This document shows positions 1 to 12,314 of a stretch of 64,000 nucleotides of DNA, one piece after another; within the stretch, counting starts at the first letter, position 1; each line of letters starts with the position of its first letter. Source of the DNA: Octopus bimaculoides (Eukaryota); assembly GCF_001194135.2 (NCBI RefSeq), contig NC_068985.1:26020919-26084918 (forward strand), in the 5' to 3' direction. The position numbers were made by a program, and so were the translations under genes. The notes under the pieces were generated by a model. It saw only the letters and a program-made list of their open reading frames with translations. It was not told where the DNA came from and made no database searches.

Positions 1-333
1 GTAGCACCTTGGGCAAGTGACATCTATAGCATGGGTCCAACAAAAACCTTGTTATGGGTTTCGCAGATGGAAAATGAAAGAACCCCATCGTGTGTGTGTG
101 TGTGTGTGTGTGTGCGCGTTTGTGTCTTTGTTTGTCCCCCATCATCATTTGACAGTCAGTGCTGGAGTGTCTATGTCCTCATAACTTAGCGGTTCAGCCA
201 AAGAAATTGATAGAATAAGTACCAGGCTTAAAAAAAAAAAGTACTTGGATCAATTAATTCCACGAAAATTCCCCGAGGTAGTGCCTCAGCATGGCCACAG
301 TCTAATGACTGAAACAAGTAAAAGATAAAAGAT
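1..333 (+). mobile_element. SINE, 3' portion (abundant family in this window)
   Basis: Body ccttgggcaagtg...(gt)n...gatagaataagtaccaggctt...gcatggccacagtc...gactgaaacaagtaaaagat recurs at about 33030-33356 (+), 34291-34620 (-) and 55521-55889 (-). Confidence 0.75.
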
Positions 334-337
334 ATTA

Positions 338-340
338 TCA

Positions 341-371
<31 letters not shown>

Positions 372-490
372 ATGTCCACTTTCAATGGTTAGATGATTTG
401 ACAAGGATCCAATGTGTCCAAGGATTGCATCATGATTCTGTGTCTGCTTTGGCATGGTTTATGCAGCTGGATGCCCTTCCTAAAAGAAAC
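338..490 (-). mobile_element. RTE-type LINE 3' tail remnant
   Basis: (atc)n-tttaatgtccactttc...ggcatggttt...cagctggatgcccttcc is the reverse complement of the tail seen attached to RTE coding remnants at 26565-27478 and 59443-60790. Confidence 0.6.
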
Positions 491-945
491 CACCTTAAAG
501 AGGGTTCTAAGAGAAGATTCATGGCTACTTTGCAATTTACTTGAATGGGTGGGAGTAACTGGAGTGGTGCTACAGAAAGAAGTAGATGCTGTAGTGTTGA
601 GGTGCCAGAATATACCCACAAAGTAACATATCCAAGAAGGGGAATAAAAGTGCACAAAGAGACAAGAGAATCAGAATGGATGAGTATAGTTATAAGAGTG
701 TGAGGAGAGGATGAGAGATAAATATAAGCATGGGGAAGAGGTAATCAGATGTATAAAGGAGGTGAGTATAGTGAATGAGGAACAAGAGTAATTCTGATTG
801 ATGGTAAATATATTTGATGTACAACAACAACGATAACAGATGCCAAATAGGTGTAGCTCAGAGGAGAGAGAGTGGAGACTGGTAATACAGAAATGGTAAT
901 ATGAAATGGGTTGTGGTGAGAGTCATTGACTCCCTGGTGGATTGG

Positions 946-1951
946 AAGAATGGACTAGCCAAACTCTTAAAAAGAGTAGTGGTTAGTAGTAGTCGGAGAG
1001 AGTGTTTTGGTAGTAGAGTAGACATTAATCGCGTTTGTTTAAATCCTTGCGATTCCATCGAGTATTCTTGTTTATCTGATTGTTGAAGGTTTAGTGCCTA
1101 TTGTCTAATTTTGTTGAAGACTGTTGCCATTTTGTCTGTGGGCTTGCGTATTTGTTTGTATTCTTTCCCCCATTTAGCGGGGAAGAGACTTGGAAAAAAA
1201 ATGAATAGCGAACCGGAACGAGCCCATACCAGGAGCCATGCTTCAGCAGCTGGAAGTCGTACCTCTGAAACAAATGTGCTAGAGGTGGGGGAAATGAAAA
1301 TTGAAAGAGAGAAGTTAGAGAGTTGCAAGGAACTGATCCAGAAAGAGGGGTCAAATTTAAGGTTGACCCCCTCCAGAGGAAGTAACCAGTAGAACGAGGA
1401 GGACAATGGTATACAGAACGCTGTCCATAACCAATAAGAAAATAGAGATGGCATCAGAGGAAGCCATTGAGAAATGTATGGAAGAAGTGAATAGTGCTGC
1501 AACATTCTACACTAGAAAATTAGAACAGGACCAAAAATTAACTTTTCAGGCAGTGGCTGATGAATGTCAGAGGATTATAAATTTAAGGCATGGCATGGAT
1601 AAAATTGAAGAAAAAGATTGCTCTCAGGTTCCGTCTGCAGACAGTCCACTGCCCATTATTGTCGATCTATGGATTAGAAATGGATTCCCCCACTCATACA
1701 GCCAACAGATTGCAGCACTGGGGAATGATCCTACTGAATTACAATTTCAAGATGGAGTATTTACCATCGAAAAAGTTGAGACAGGCAGATGGTTTGTCAA
1801 GGCTAATATCAAAATGCAGTGAACCACTAGAAGACTCAACGATAGCAGCATCAAATGCCAAAAATGAAATAAAAGATATAAAAAGAATGGACTAGCCAAA
1901 CTCTTATAAAGAGTAGTGGTCGGTAGTAGTTGGAGAGAGCGTTTTGGTAGT
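946..1951 (+). mobile_element. Ty3/Gypsy LTR-retrotransposon remnant (gag-like and RNase H fragments) bracketed by 69-bp direct repeats
   Basis: ORF 1590..1895 reads LQTVHCPLLSIYG...THTANRLQHWGMILLNYNFKMEYLPSKKLRQADGLSRL, the end of Gypsy Pol RNase H (TDHKPL...RLQRW...ADGLSR). Near-identical repeats lie at 946..1014 and 1883..1951. Confidence 0.7.
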
Positions 1952-2589
1952 CTCACGAAGTATATTGCGGGAACACATTGATTAAACCTCTTCTGGTTAA
2001 TTTATCTATACCAGCCTGTGGCAAGATATAAAAAAAATGCTTTGTAGTAACAGGTTTGCAGTTCAGGACTTGCAGCAGATAGGAGTGTGGTGGATGGATT
2101 GAATGGTAGGGAAAGACAGTAAATATGGGGGGATGATGTTGGGCTCAGGAGAGGGACCTAGTTTTCTGAATGAGGAAAGGAAAGACAAATGGTAGTTCTA
2201 GACTTGACAAGGACACTGAGAGAGTCAGTTGCATGCATAGTGTGCATACACAAATTTCCACAATCTTAGCTATGTGCAAACACATTGTTTTCAGGATTTC
2301 ATACATACCAATATTAGCATAACTTGGTGGGTCTTCTCAAGCACTGTGTATTATCAATGTGCTTGAGTTTTTTTTATCTCTCTCTAAAGCTCAGCATCCT
2401 GAGATCAGCCTTCACTACCTCATTCCAACCCCTTGGTCTCCCTTTTCCTCGTTGTTTTGTCTTCTATAAGCAGTTGACACTTCTTTATACAACTCTCCTC
2501 GTGTGTATGCTTTAAACAGTGAAACCAATACAATCTTCTCCCTTGCTCATCATATATAATTCCTCTTATGCCCAGTTTTTCTCTTTAAA

Positions 2590-2750
2590 CTGTATTTTGT
2601 TGTTCATCCACACAAGCATTGCACATCTGGAGAGATATGGTTGCTTCATTTCTGTTTAGTTCACACACGTCCTCTGCATTCGGGGCTCACATCTCACTAC
2701 CATCTAGCATTGCAGTTAGTGCACAGGTATCGGTCTGCCTTTTACTTTGG
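2590..2750 (-). mobile_element. RTE LINE fragment
   Basis: Minus strand reads approximately AMLDGSEM*APNAEDVCELNRNEA, matching the AML(H/Y)GSE(T/I)W...ED...LERNEA stretch of the other RTE copies here. Confidence 0.55.
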
Positions 2751-3859
2751 GGGAGAAACTTTTTGTTACCAACAGAGGTTCTAGTTCCTCAAACTTTCTG
2801 CAACCTTTTTATTTACTCTAGCTACTAAACTTTCAGAACATTGCCCACCATCACTCATTATTTCATCTAGGGAAAAGCAACTTTTCACTATTTCTATGGA
2901 TCCTCCTGTGCAAGTGAAAGCATCTATTCCCTAAACATTCTGAATGATTATTACTCCTGCACATATACGAAATCTGCTTTCTCTGTTCACATGGCAATGA
3001 TTCCACTACAGCTCTTGTGTGGTCATAGTTTACATTGAATATACCATATGGAATCTCTACCTATATATCAGTTAAATTTTGTCATTCTTTTGTCAAGTTA
3101 ACTTGTCAATGGTAGTTTATATAAGGCCTTAATAATTCTCCCTCTTTCTACTTAAGGGCATAGCATAGTGGATAAAAGTGTTGGTTAATGTGATACAGTC
3201 AACTAGACGTTCTGAGTTCAATCCTGGGTAAGGCACTAAGGTGAATCACAACACCCCTGAAGACAGCTGCAGTATACAACAGCCAAAATGTAGTGTAAAC
3301 AATAATCAAGAAGAAACCAGTCTGGTTAATGTAAACAGTATGCATAACTTTTTCTTTATCTCAATGAGTGCTATATGATCTGAGGTATGAATGTATAGTG
3401 GCAGTTAATTTGATTTTGATATCCTAGGTTATACAAATTAGGATATATTATAGATATTTTAAACTCATTTATTCTCAAAATGGTTTTAAATACCTCCCTC
3501 ACTTGGTAACAGCAAGCTAATCAAATACAAAATGTTGGTATGTTTCCTTCTTAGCTTCTTTAATCCTTGAAATACCAGTGAAAAATTATTTCCATGAATG
3601 TTATTAATTGACAGCAGGCGGAAGCATTTCTCTGCCAATGTTTTGTGGGAACAACACACAGTGATTGAATTGAATTAGCATATAAATTTAGAACTTGTAT
3701 TTCTAAGCATTTTACTCACATTTTTTAATTAATTTGTGAGAGTAGATGGGACAGGCCCTTCCAGACTGTGATATCACTATTAGCAAACAACAACGGTGAC
3801 AACACAGATTCCTGATGCACACCAACTTTCACTGCAAACTCCTCCGACAGCTCTGGTCC

Positions 3860-4430
3860 GATTCTAACTCTTGTAAACTCATCACTGCCCTCACTATTAC
3901 CTCCAGTACACCTCCCTACCTCAATTCCAACTTAATCACCTTCCTTGGAACCCTGTCAAATGCCTTCTCCAGATCAACAAAGCATATGTACAACTCCTTC
4001 TCCTTATCTCAGTATTTCTCTTGCAATCTCCTTACAATGAGCACTGCATTTATTGTCCCCCCTTCCTGGCATAAAACCAAATTGCATCTCGTCCACATCC
4101 ACCCCTTCCCAAATTCTTTCCAACACCCTTTCCACTATCTTCATTGCCTCCACTACTTCTTCCCAACTAACCTTCTCCACTGGCCCCTTCACCACAGCAA
4201 CTTCCACCCTCTGATCCCATTCATTCTCCTCATTCATAATTCCCTCCATATGTTCCTTCCAAACTCTTCTCCTGTCCTTTTCACTAAAATTCAACCTTCC
4301 ATCACTCCCCCTCATACATCTTCCTCCCTCAACATCTCTTCCATCTTTTTTTCACTGATTTCATAAACCTAAACACTCAACTTCTCCTCAGCCCCCTTCC
4401 TCATAGATCTCACAACCACCCTCTTTGCAT
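3860..4430 (-). mobile_element. RTE-clade LINE, internally deleted RT fragment
   Basis: ORF 4004..4315: WKEHMEGIMNEENEWD...EKVSWEEVVEAMK...VDVDEMQFGFMPGRG, a non-LTR RT N-terminal region with the QFGFMPG motif. Confidence 0.8.
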
Positions 4431-4596
4431 GATTCTTCAGGTTATTATACCTGGCTTTCATTTACTCAGTCTTATTATTACATAAAGCTTCGTGCACCTC
4501 CTTCTTCCTCGCTATCACATCCCTCACCTCCTCATTCTACCACAACATATTGTGTGAAAAACATAATAGAAATTTGGAAAAAAGTTTCTATAAAAC

Positions 4597-5350
4597 TATT
4601 GGGTTGGCAACTAAGTTCCCGCCGTTTTTTTAAATTTAAATTTTTAAAAGGTTTAATAAAAAATAACAACTAATTAATCAATAATGTATTCACCCTTGTT
4701 GTTTACAACTTCTTCCCAATGTTTGACAAGATTTTCAATACCCCGTTGGTAGAAATCACCCGATTTCGACTCGAAGAATTGATCCAACCAAGCTCTCAAT
4801 TCTGCATCAGTATTGAACGAAACTCTGTATATAGCATTTGAAAAAGATCGAAAGAGGTGGAAATCTGTTGGTGCCAAATTAGGAGAGTATGGTGGGTGTG
4901 GCAGCACTTCCCAGCCATGTGTTTGAATGGCTTCCTTGGTCATATTGGCGATATGAGGGCAGACGTTGTCGTGCAACAGAAGAACTCCATGCTGCCAATT
5001 AGGTCTTTTCTCTTGAATAGCCATGTTGAGTCGTTCCATCTGTTGAACTATTTGGTTCTGTTCAAGCAATTCGTAATGGATAAACCCTTCCCAGTCCCAC
5101 CATATGCACAACATCGTTTTACGCGGATGAAGATCTTGTTTCACGTACGGTGTCACTTGTTTACTGGGGCTAAGCCATTCCTTACACTGCTTCATACTGA
5201 TGTACAGGCACCAATTTTCGTCGCCAGTAACGATTCGGTAAAGAAATCATTGCTTGTGTCGATGAGTTGAGCGGTAACGAGCAAGCAAACCAGCAGAGAT
5301 TGTGGCTCATTGAATTTTGCTGTTGTCACTTAAAGCATGCAGAACCCATG
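4597..5350 (-). mobile_element. mariner transposon, 3' half (inactive)
   Basis: ORF 4674..5195 has MLCIWWD, LLHDNVCPH and HPPYSPNLAPTDFHLF; RIVTGDENW lies upstream after in-frame stops. TA plus TIR ttgggttggcaactaagttccc begins at 4597. Confidence 0.9.
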
Positions 5351-5559
5351 CTCCATACAGAATCGATGCTCCATATGGAACCCATGCTCCTGAATTACCT
5401 TAAGTACAAAAGGCAAGTGCCATCTCTTAGCTGTGTTTTCTGGCTTGTATGTATGTACTCAGAAGAGGTCCATCCATCTACCCAGACCACACCATCACTC
5501 TTGTTCATTATTCAATAAACCTCACTTCCACCCTCACTTTACTCTCAAAATGATATTAC

Positions 5560-5766
5560 AAGGACTTGATAAGGTCTTGGCTGAAAAGAAAAGTGTTTAT
5601 TCTTAGTCCTTTTGATCTTATCATAATAATGATTTCTAACTTCTTTAGAAACCCATAAATTGATAAGAGAGAGAAATTTCTGGCTGAATCTCTTCCAGTA
5701 TAAAAACAAAGGCCCCTTAGGAGCCTTTGTTTTTATCAAACCCAGTGTGATAAAATAAAATTGATC
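5560..5766 (-). CDS. candidate exon E of an unrecognised spliced gene
   Basis: cccctttacag acceptor, 207 nt open in phase 0 (DQFYFITLGLIKTKAPKGPLFLYWKRF...FQPRPYQVL), gtaata donor, or read-through to the stop at 5545. Confidence 0.4.
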
Positions 5767-6260
5767 CTGTAAAGGGGCTGGAGTTCAGAACACAACTAAA
5801 TATTACTTAATCCAGTATTCTACTGTTTTAAACACTTAACTACCTCTTGTAATGTATTAATATTAATGATAGCTTAGATAAGGGACTATGAATGGATAAT
5901 GTGTTAAACTATCAACTTACATGTCATTATTGGAAGTGTACTGCTCCCTTGGTCAATATACTTGATCTCTTGATACCATAGTCAACCTAGCTATGAATTA
6001 GATTACAAAAGAACTTAGTAATGCAGATCTTTTGTTGTTTTTCATTAACATTAATAATGATTTCATTAACTCTTTCATATTCTACTGAGGCTAATTAAAC
6101 CCCTGAGATAACCTTAAACTATTCTCTTTAAGTTTTTTTCTATATTTGTGATATCTTCTATTTTTCTAAAGTTTCATCATGCTATTCAAAGTGTCACTGT
6201 CTATTATGAGAAGGAAGATTTACTTATTTTATACACATTTTATTATTATTAAATTGTCAC

Positions 6261-6349
6261 CTTAATGATAATGAATCTTTCAGTTTTGTATGGTCCCACA
6301 TTCCTGTTAATTTCCCCTTTTAATCCTTCTATAATTATAACTAAAGTAG
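6261..6349 (-). CDS. candidate exon D of an unrecognised spliced gene
   Basis: ttttacttctttcag acceptor, 89 nt, phase 1 to 0 (STLVIIIEGLKGEINRNVGPYKTERFIIIK), aag|gtgaca donor. Confidence 0.4.
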
Positions 6350-7227
6350 CTGAAAGAAGTAAAATCAGATTTTCATTTCAGAATATGAATAAAACATTTA
6401 GAGTGAAAGGTATCAACTATAATACATAGTATAACACATAACAAGTATGTATCCTTAGCAACAAAAACTTCCAGCCACTAGTTTGCTACACATGTTCCAT
6501 TCCGTTTTTTCATATCAACTGAAGCTTTTATCTCCCTCGGAGCTCAATTCTAACAACACAACTTATCTTAAATTCTGACAGTGCATGTGAATACATAAGT
6601 AGCTTCAGTAACCTTGTGTTTATTTATTCTCTGCTTGCCATTTCCTACCTGGCATAGCCCTAAATTGTCATCAGTAAGGGAATATTTAATGCTGTATAAG
6701 ATAAAGGTAAATGACTTCAAAATAATTTCTTTTTTTCTATGTTATAATTTTAAATTTTTCCATTATTTTCATATTTTTCAAATTCAGGTTTTTGCTTATC
6801 ATGAACTCACTTATCTCATATTGTTTTATATTTCACCATTATCTATATTATTGTTTTACACCTACAGTCAGCATGCCTTGAGTATTGGTGGTGCAAAGAT
6901 AGTTGCTTGAACAAAATAACTGATTGGCATTTTTAAAGATGATCATCTGGATTTTAATGTAGGCATGCTGTTCTGAAATTTATAATTCAAGATATATGGT
7001 TCCCATTTTCAATGTTATATAGGGTATCATTGAAGAAATTTTGATTGGACAGTTCAACTACATAGAACTGTTTGAAATACATAGAAGTAATTGGTTGAAC
7101 ATCTGTTGTCTTTTGTGTAGTGTCACCATCCTTCTTTCAGAGAATAAATCCTCATTTTCATTAAATCTATTTCAGATGTTCACATTTGTGAAACATTTTT
7201 CATTTCCATGACACTCCTGCTACTTAC

Positions 7228-7324
7228 ATTCAGGTTCTCTGTAGATAAGATTGAAGTTGCTTTGTTCTCCATATGAATGATATTCATTAACTGCTCCGTG
7301 ATGGTCACTCTCAACCCAACACAT
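7228..7324 (-). CDS. candidate exon C of an unrecognised spliced gene
   Basis: catctttgactgtag acceptor, 97 nt, phase 0 to 1 (MCWVESDHHGAVNEYHSYGEQSNFNLIYREPE), gtaagt donor. Confidence 0.45.
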
Positions 7325-7565
7325 CTACAGTCAAAGATGGTGACACTCAAAACTATTTATTGGAGTTTATATTTTCATAGGGTTTCTCATTACCAAATAT
7401 AAGTTGGGTGATCCGGTCAAAACATCACTCTTAAAGTCTTCAAAACATATATCCTTCTGCCTTGAGAAGATAGTCAGCATATACAAGAGAAGTTGGTGTT
7501 GTTGTTCATGTTGTCAGGAAACTGGAATTAGTATGAGTGTCATAGAGTGGTAGTAAGCTCCTAAC

Positions 7566-7635
7566 AAGTTGAGTCTGCAATGCAGGTTCAATTTTCAGTA
7601 TCATTTCACATGCCTCTTGTATCTGTGATTTCCAG
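7566..7635 (-). CDS. candidate exon B of an unrecognised spliced gene
   Basis: cattatttattacag acceptor, 70 nt, phase 2 to 0 (WKSQIQEACEMILKIEPALQTQL); the gttagg donor is weak. Confidence 0.4.
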
Positions 7636-7961
7636 CTGTAATAAATAATGTTAGAGAAGTATAGACTTGACTATACTGACTTGCTTTTAATCATGTTAAA
7701 CAAAAACAATGTAATTAAAGGTGACTGAAGCATTTTCATTTCAATAATTCTTGTTAAATTCTTCAATATCAACAAATGTTATTGATCTATAAACGCTCTA
7801 CATCACCTATTCCAGCATACAACTAGAACTTGTTTTATTGACCTTAGATGGAGAAAATTATCAGTTAGCTATGGCTAAATTTGAAACTAGGTTTGCATGC
7901 TGTTCTGAAAACTCTAACAAGCTGCTTGTTTCATTGTCACAGTTTGCTTTATGTTGATGAG

Positions 7962-8355
7962 GTTGTTGTTGTTGTTGGCACTCCGTCGCTTACGACGTCG
8001 AGGGTTCCAGTTGATTCGATCAATGGTACAGTCTGCTCGTGAAATTAACGTACAAGTGGCTGAGCACTCCACAGACACGTGTACCCTTAACGTAGTTCTC
8101 GGGGATATTCAGCATGACACAGTGTGACACAGTGTGGTCCGTTGAATTACAAGCACAACAGAAACAGGAAGAAAGAGTGAGAGAAAGTTGTGGTGAAAGA
8201 GTACAGCAGGGTTCACCACCATCCCCTGCTGGAGCCTCGTGGAGCTTTAGGTGTTTTCGCTCAATAAACACTCACAACGCCAGTCTGGGAATCGAAACCG
8301 TGATCCTATGACCGCGAGTCCGCTGCCCTAACCACTGGGCCATTGCGCCTCCACG
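7962..8355 (-). mobile_element. tRNA-derived SINE, near full length
   Basis: Minus-strand head ggaggcgcaatggcccagtggttagggcagcggactcgcgg...ggtttcgattc carries Pol III A and B boxes; (caa)n tail. A similar degraded copy lies at 23850-24175. Confidence 0.85.
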
Positions 8356-8431
8356 TTGATGAGGTAAATATATTTTTAATGAAATCTTGATATACTTTTC
8401 ATTTTCCAAACTTTTTAGAGATGTCATATAC

Positions 8432-8461
8432 CTAATAATATTCATACACATGATTTCTATC
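8432..8461 (-). CDS. candidate exon A (30 nt) of an unrecognised spliced gene
   Basis: cacctgttttccag acceptor, phase 2 to 2 (IEIMCMNII), ag|gtatat donor. Confidence 0.35.
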   Translation of the reverse strand, partial: DRNHVYEYY

Positions 8462-9032
8462 CTGGAAAACAGGTGAACAAAAGTCTTAGAACAGTAGTAA
8501 TTTGTTTTTTAAAAAATGCTGTTACTGACAGATTAAAATGAAGAGAACTGAATTCCCTGACAAAATATTTTCCCAAAGAAGTATATTTGCTTTCTTTGGC
8601 CAATTCTTTACTTTCTCTATAGTAAAATTCATTAATCTATTATTATAATGAAGATGACGATTACTTTCTCTTTTATCAAGGGAAACAAACAGTCCTTATT
8701 GCAAAAGCACAATTTAGTTCAATACATACAAATAAACAAAATACAAATTATAAGTTATGACACGTATGCATGTGTATTGGTGAAAGTGTATATATAATAT
8801 AATTTAATATATAACATAATGTAATATAATATTATATTACATTGTGTGTGTATGTGTATGTGAACAGACACATGTAGCTGTGTAGCAAGAAGTTTGTTTC
8901 CTAGTCACATGGTTTCACGTTCAGTCCCACTGTATGGCACCGTGGGCAAGTGTCTTCTACTATAACCCTCAGCTATCCAGAGACTTGTGAGTGGATTTGG
9001 TTGACAGAAACTGAATATATTGTATACATATG

Positions 9033-9039
<7 letters not shown>

Positions 9040-9105
<66 letters not shown>
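9040..9105. repeat. (TA)n microsatellite
   Basis: Direct reading. Other long (TA)n tracts lie at about 11514-11543, 13626-13671, 57233-57268, 59409-59442 and 63625-63665. Confidence 0.95.
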
Positions 9106-9108
<3 letters not shown>

Positions 9109-9429
9109 TATTATATGTATATAAATATTGAACTGTTAATCCCTACAAATTCTTTTCTCTCCATTTTTGTCTCTTTTCTCTCTCTCTCTCCATTTTTTTT
9201 TTCTTTTCAAAGCTTTCTGTCAAAGAGAATGGGCTCAAAGGCATGGATTGGACACTTTGACCAGAGCTGGCAAGCTGCACCAGACTTCAATTGGATTTGG
9301 CATGGTTTCTACAGCTCAATGCCCTTCCTAATGCCAACCACTTTTCAGAGTGTACTGGATGCTTTTACACAACACTTCATAGGTGCTTTTGCATGGCACT
9401 ACCATGCGTGTTTTACACTATATATATAT

Positions 9430-10890
9430 GGCTGAAGATTAGCATCATGCTTGAAACTCCTTAGTACTCTGAGTTTCATGCATGGTATTCATCTTCAGCC
9501 ATTGGTCGAGAAAGGTCACGCAATGTCACAGTTTGATGTTGGTATTTCAGCGACAACAATTACTTGGAAATTACTGCATGGTGAACAGGAAATCAACCCT
9601 TGTAATTAGAAACCTGATTTCAGACATTAGCAATTGGGAATCTAAACTCTCTTCCAATAGGGAAATCTTTAATGGAACTGCTCCCACCCCACTATAATGA
9701 TGCTTTGGCTAGGAGCAGATTTTCTGAGAAGCTCACATATGTGGACGATCCCCAAACCCCTCTCCTTGCCCCAAGAGAATTAGGAAAAGGAAAATTATCT
9801 GATCTAACCTCCCATTTAACCTAGAAGTTTCTATCAACATAACCAGGAGTTTCCTATTGTTAATTAAGAAACATTTCCCCAAAGGCCATAAGTATTACAA
9901 ACTCTTCAATCCCCATAATGTTAAGGTGAGCTACTCCTGCTTAGACAACATTGCACACATCAACAGGCATAAAAATGCACCCACACAACCCTCAACCCCA
10001 ACCTGCAATAACCGAAATCCCACTACCTGTCCTCTAGAAGGATCCTGCCTCTCGAGGGCTGTAGTATGCAGAGCCACCCTTGCACCATCCGATGGCATCA
10101 CTAGGCACTATACGGGTATGACAGCCAATAACTTCAAGGAAAGGTACTCCCAGCACATACATTCTTTCAGATCCAGGGATAGAGAGAACTCCACTTCTCT
10201 GTCGCGCTTTCTCTGGAGACTCCGTGACCTCCGAGATGAAACACCCAGCATCAAGTGGACTATTGTCAACAGGATGTCACCATATTCAGCTGAGGCCCCT
10301 AATTGTCAGCTCTGCCTCCATGAAAAACTGCATATCATCTACCAGCCCGCAGTATCCATCAACAAGAAATACGATCTGTCCTATTGCTGTTACCAAAGGT
10401 ATACTCTTCTGGTAAATTTCAAGCCACTGGCCATCAACAACCTGTATATGCCTCCTTAGTACCAGCTGCCCCCACCTGCACCAAGATCCCTGTCACCAAC
10501 TAGCCCCCATGAACAGCACCGCAAATCAAACAATCTCCAACACTTCTTCGTGCCTGTCTACCCACATACCCTCACCCCTTGTACATAACCACACAAGTAT
10601 ATGTGTGTACATGAGTGTGCATGCATGTGCATATACACCTGCACACTGTATGTGTGCGTGTGTGGATATATGAACCATGCAGTCAATTTCCTTTTAACCA
10701 TGCAGTATTTTCAAAGTAATTGTTGTCGCTGAAATACCAACATCAAACTGTAATACCACATGACCTTTCTCGACCAATCGCAGGCTAACATCCATAATAA
10801 ACATTGACTCTCTTCAACCATCCTCTCGTTCAAACTCCAATGGCCAAAGATTAGCACCATGTTTGAAAATCAGAACACTAAAGAGTTTGA
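9430..10890 (+). mobile_element. Penelope-like element remnant (GIY-YIG endonuclease region) with inverted flanking repeat
   Basis: ORF 9857..10459: KLFNPHNVKVSYSC...CPLEGSCL...HYTGMT..NFKERYSQHIHSF...STSLSRFLW...CQLCLHEK, typical of the PLE C-terminal GIY-YIG region. Segment 9501..9597 is inverted at 10684..10778. Confidence 0.75.
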
Positions 10891-11509
10891 ATCAAACTGT
10901 TTTGATCCATACATGTAACTCCCAGTAAAGGTGTTGAGTATCCTTCTTTCATTTGTCTACTCACTCCTGACCCATGATGACCTAAGGTGGTGTCATTCTT
11001 TTTCATGTTGCCTTCAATCATAGTGGACATGATTTTCTGAGCTTCTCACTCTACCCTCCTGTCTGTACTCCTTTAGGACAGTTTTCATTTCTCCTTTGTG
11101 TTATCCATTCTTGTCTTGTCTTGCAGCCCCAAGGTTTTACGTTGTATATGTATTATCATTGTTAATTGTTGTCTTTGTGGAACCCTAAGCCTTTATTCTG
11201 TTTATTATTTTGTTCCTCATCCATCCACTAATGGTCTCATCTCAAACCCATTTCATTTTATTATGTTTAGGTCCGATTCCCGGCAAGTTTCTTGTAGGTG
11301 CCTCCAGAGTGGAAGCAATATTATCGATAATGGCTGAAATTGCATTTGACTAATGTTTTCTGTCTGCCTGTGTATTTAGTATGTGTTCATTTATTTACTA
11401 CATGTTTTTTAATCATATATATAGGGGTAGGTCATATTTTCCGTTTGTTGTATTTTTATTTAATCCTGAAAATATTATTTATGTAACGAATGTACTCCTT
11501 AATTTTTTA

Positions 11510-11545
<36 letters not shown>

Positions 11546-11548
<3 letters not shown>

Positions 11549-11745
11549 TGGGGGGAAATAAATATTCGTACATGTCAAAATTCTTTATTTATTTAATTTC
11601 TAATGAACATAAATGGGATATACCAATACTATATTTGCATACACATACATAAACTAAGAATATGCAAAAGAAACTAATAAATTATAGTAACTAATGAATT
11701 TATATACAATTATAAATATTTAGGGGTGAACAGAAAATTTGTTTC
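11546..11745. mobile_element. Tc1-like terminal fragment
   Basis: CAGTGGGGGGAAATAAATATT follows a (TA)n tract and resembles Tc1 TIRs (CAGTGGGG...AAATAAGTATT). The inner boundary is approximate. Confidence 0.5.
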
Positions 11746-11884
11746 CAATCTTCCATGAAAACATGTCTAGTTCATGGGGAATATTACCTTACATGGTAAC
11801 AGGTGAGTGTTGTTGACAGAAAGAGCATCCAGCAATAGAAAACACCCCTCAGCAAATTCTGTCTGACCCATGGCAAGCATGGTG

Positions 11885-12267
11885 AATCATTATCCTCCTC
11901 CTCCTCATCATCATTTAACACTTGCTTTCCATGCTGGCATAGGCTGGACAGTTTCACAGAAGCTAGTAAGCCAGAGGACTATACTAAACTCTACTATCTG
12001 CTTTGGCATGGTTTGTACAGCTGGATGCACTTCCTACTGCCAACCACTTTACAAAGTGTACTTGGTACTTTTGTTTACATGGCAGAAGCGTTGGTGAGGT
12101 CACCAAGTAATTTGCAAGACAAAGATTTCACAGTTGATAGAGGGAGAGATATTGAGTGATATAGCTTTGTGCCAGGTGATATGAGGTTAAACTATGATAG
12201 AGAAATAGAAACAAGTATCTTGTTGTAGAAATGGTTACCCCAGTCAGTGGGAGGGAGAGAAAGAGAC

Positions 12268-12314
<47 letters not shown>

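Noticed and set aside
6643-6685. 43-nt minus-strand segment with good splice signals (IKYSLTDDNLGLCQ)
   Set aside because: Phase 2 to 0 does not fit the neighbouring candidate exons, and no bridging exon without a stop was found.
8280-8355. tRNA-like sequences with A/B boxes (also 62971-63040)
   Set aside because: They are SINE heads continuing into SINE bodies; no complete cloverleaf.
8950-9435. 161-aa ORF with IY repeats and similar microsatellite ORFs
   Set aside because: Translation of (TA)n, (CA)n and (GA)n tracts plus SINE/RTE tails.
11261-11352. Plus-strand exon-like piece GPIPGKFLVGASRVEAILSIMAEIAFD*
   Set aside because: Isolated, with no upstream partner exon identified and no recognised homology.
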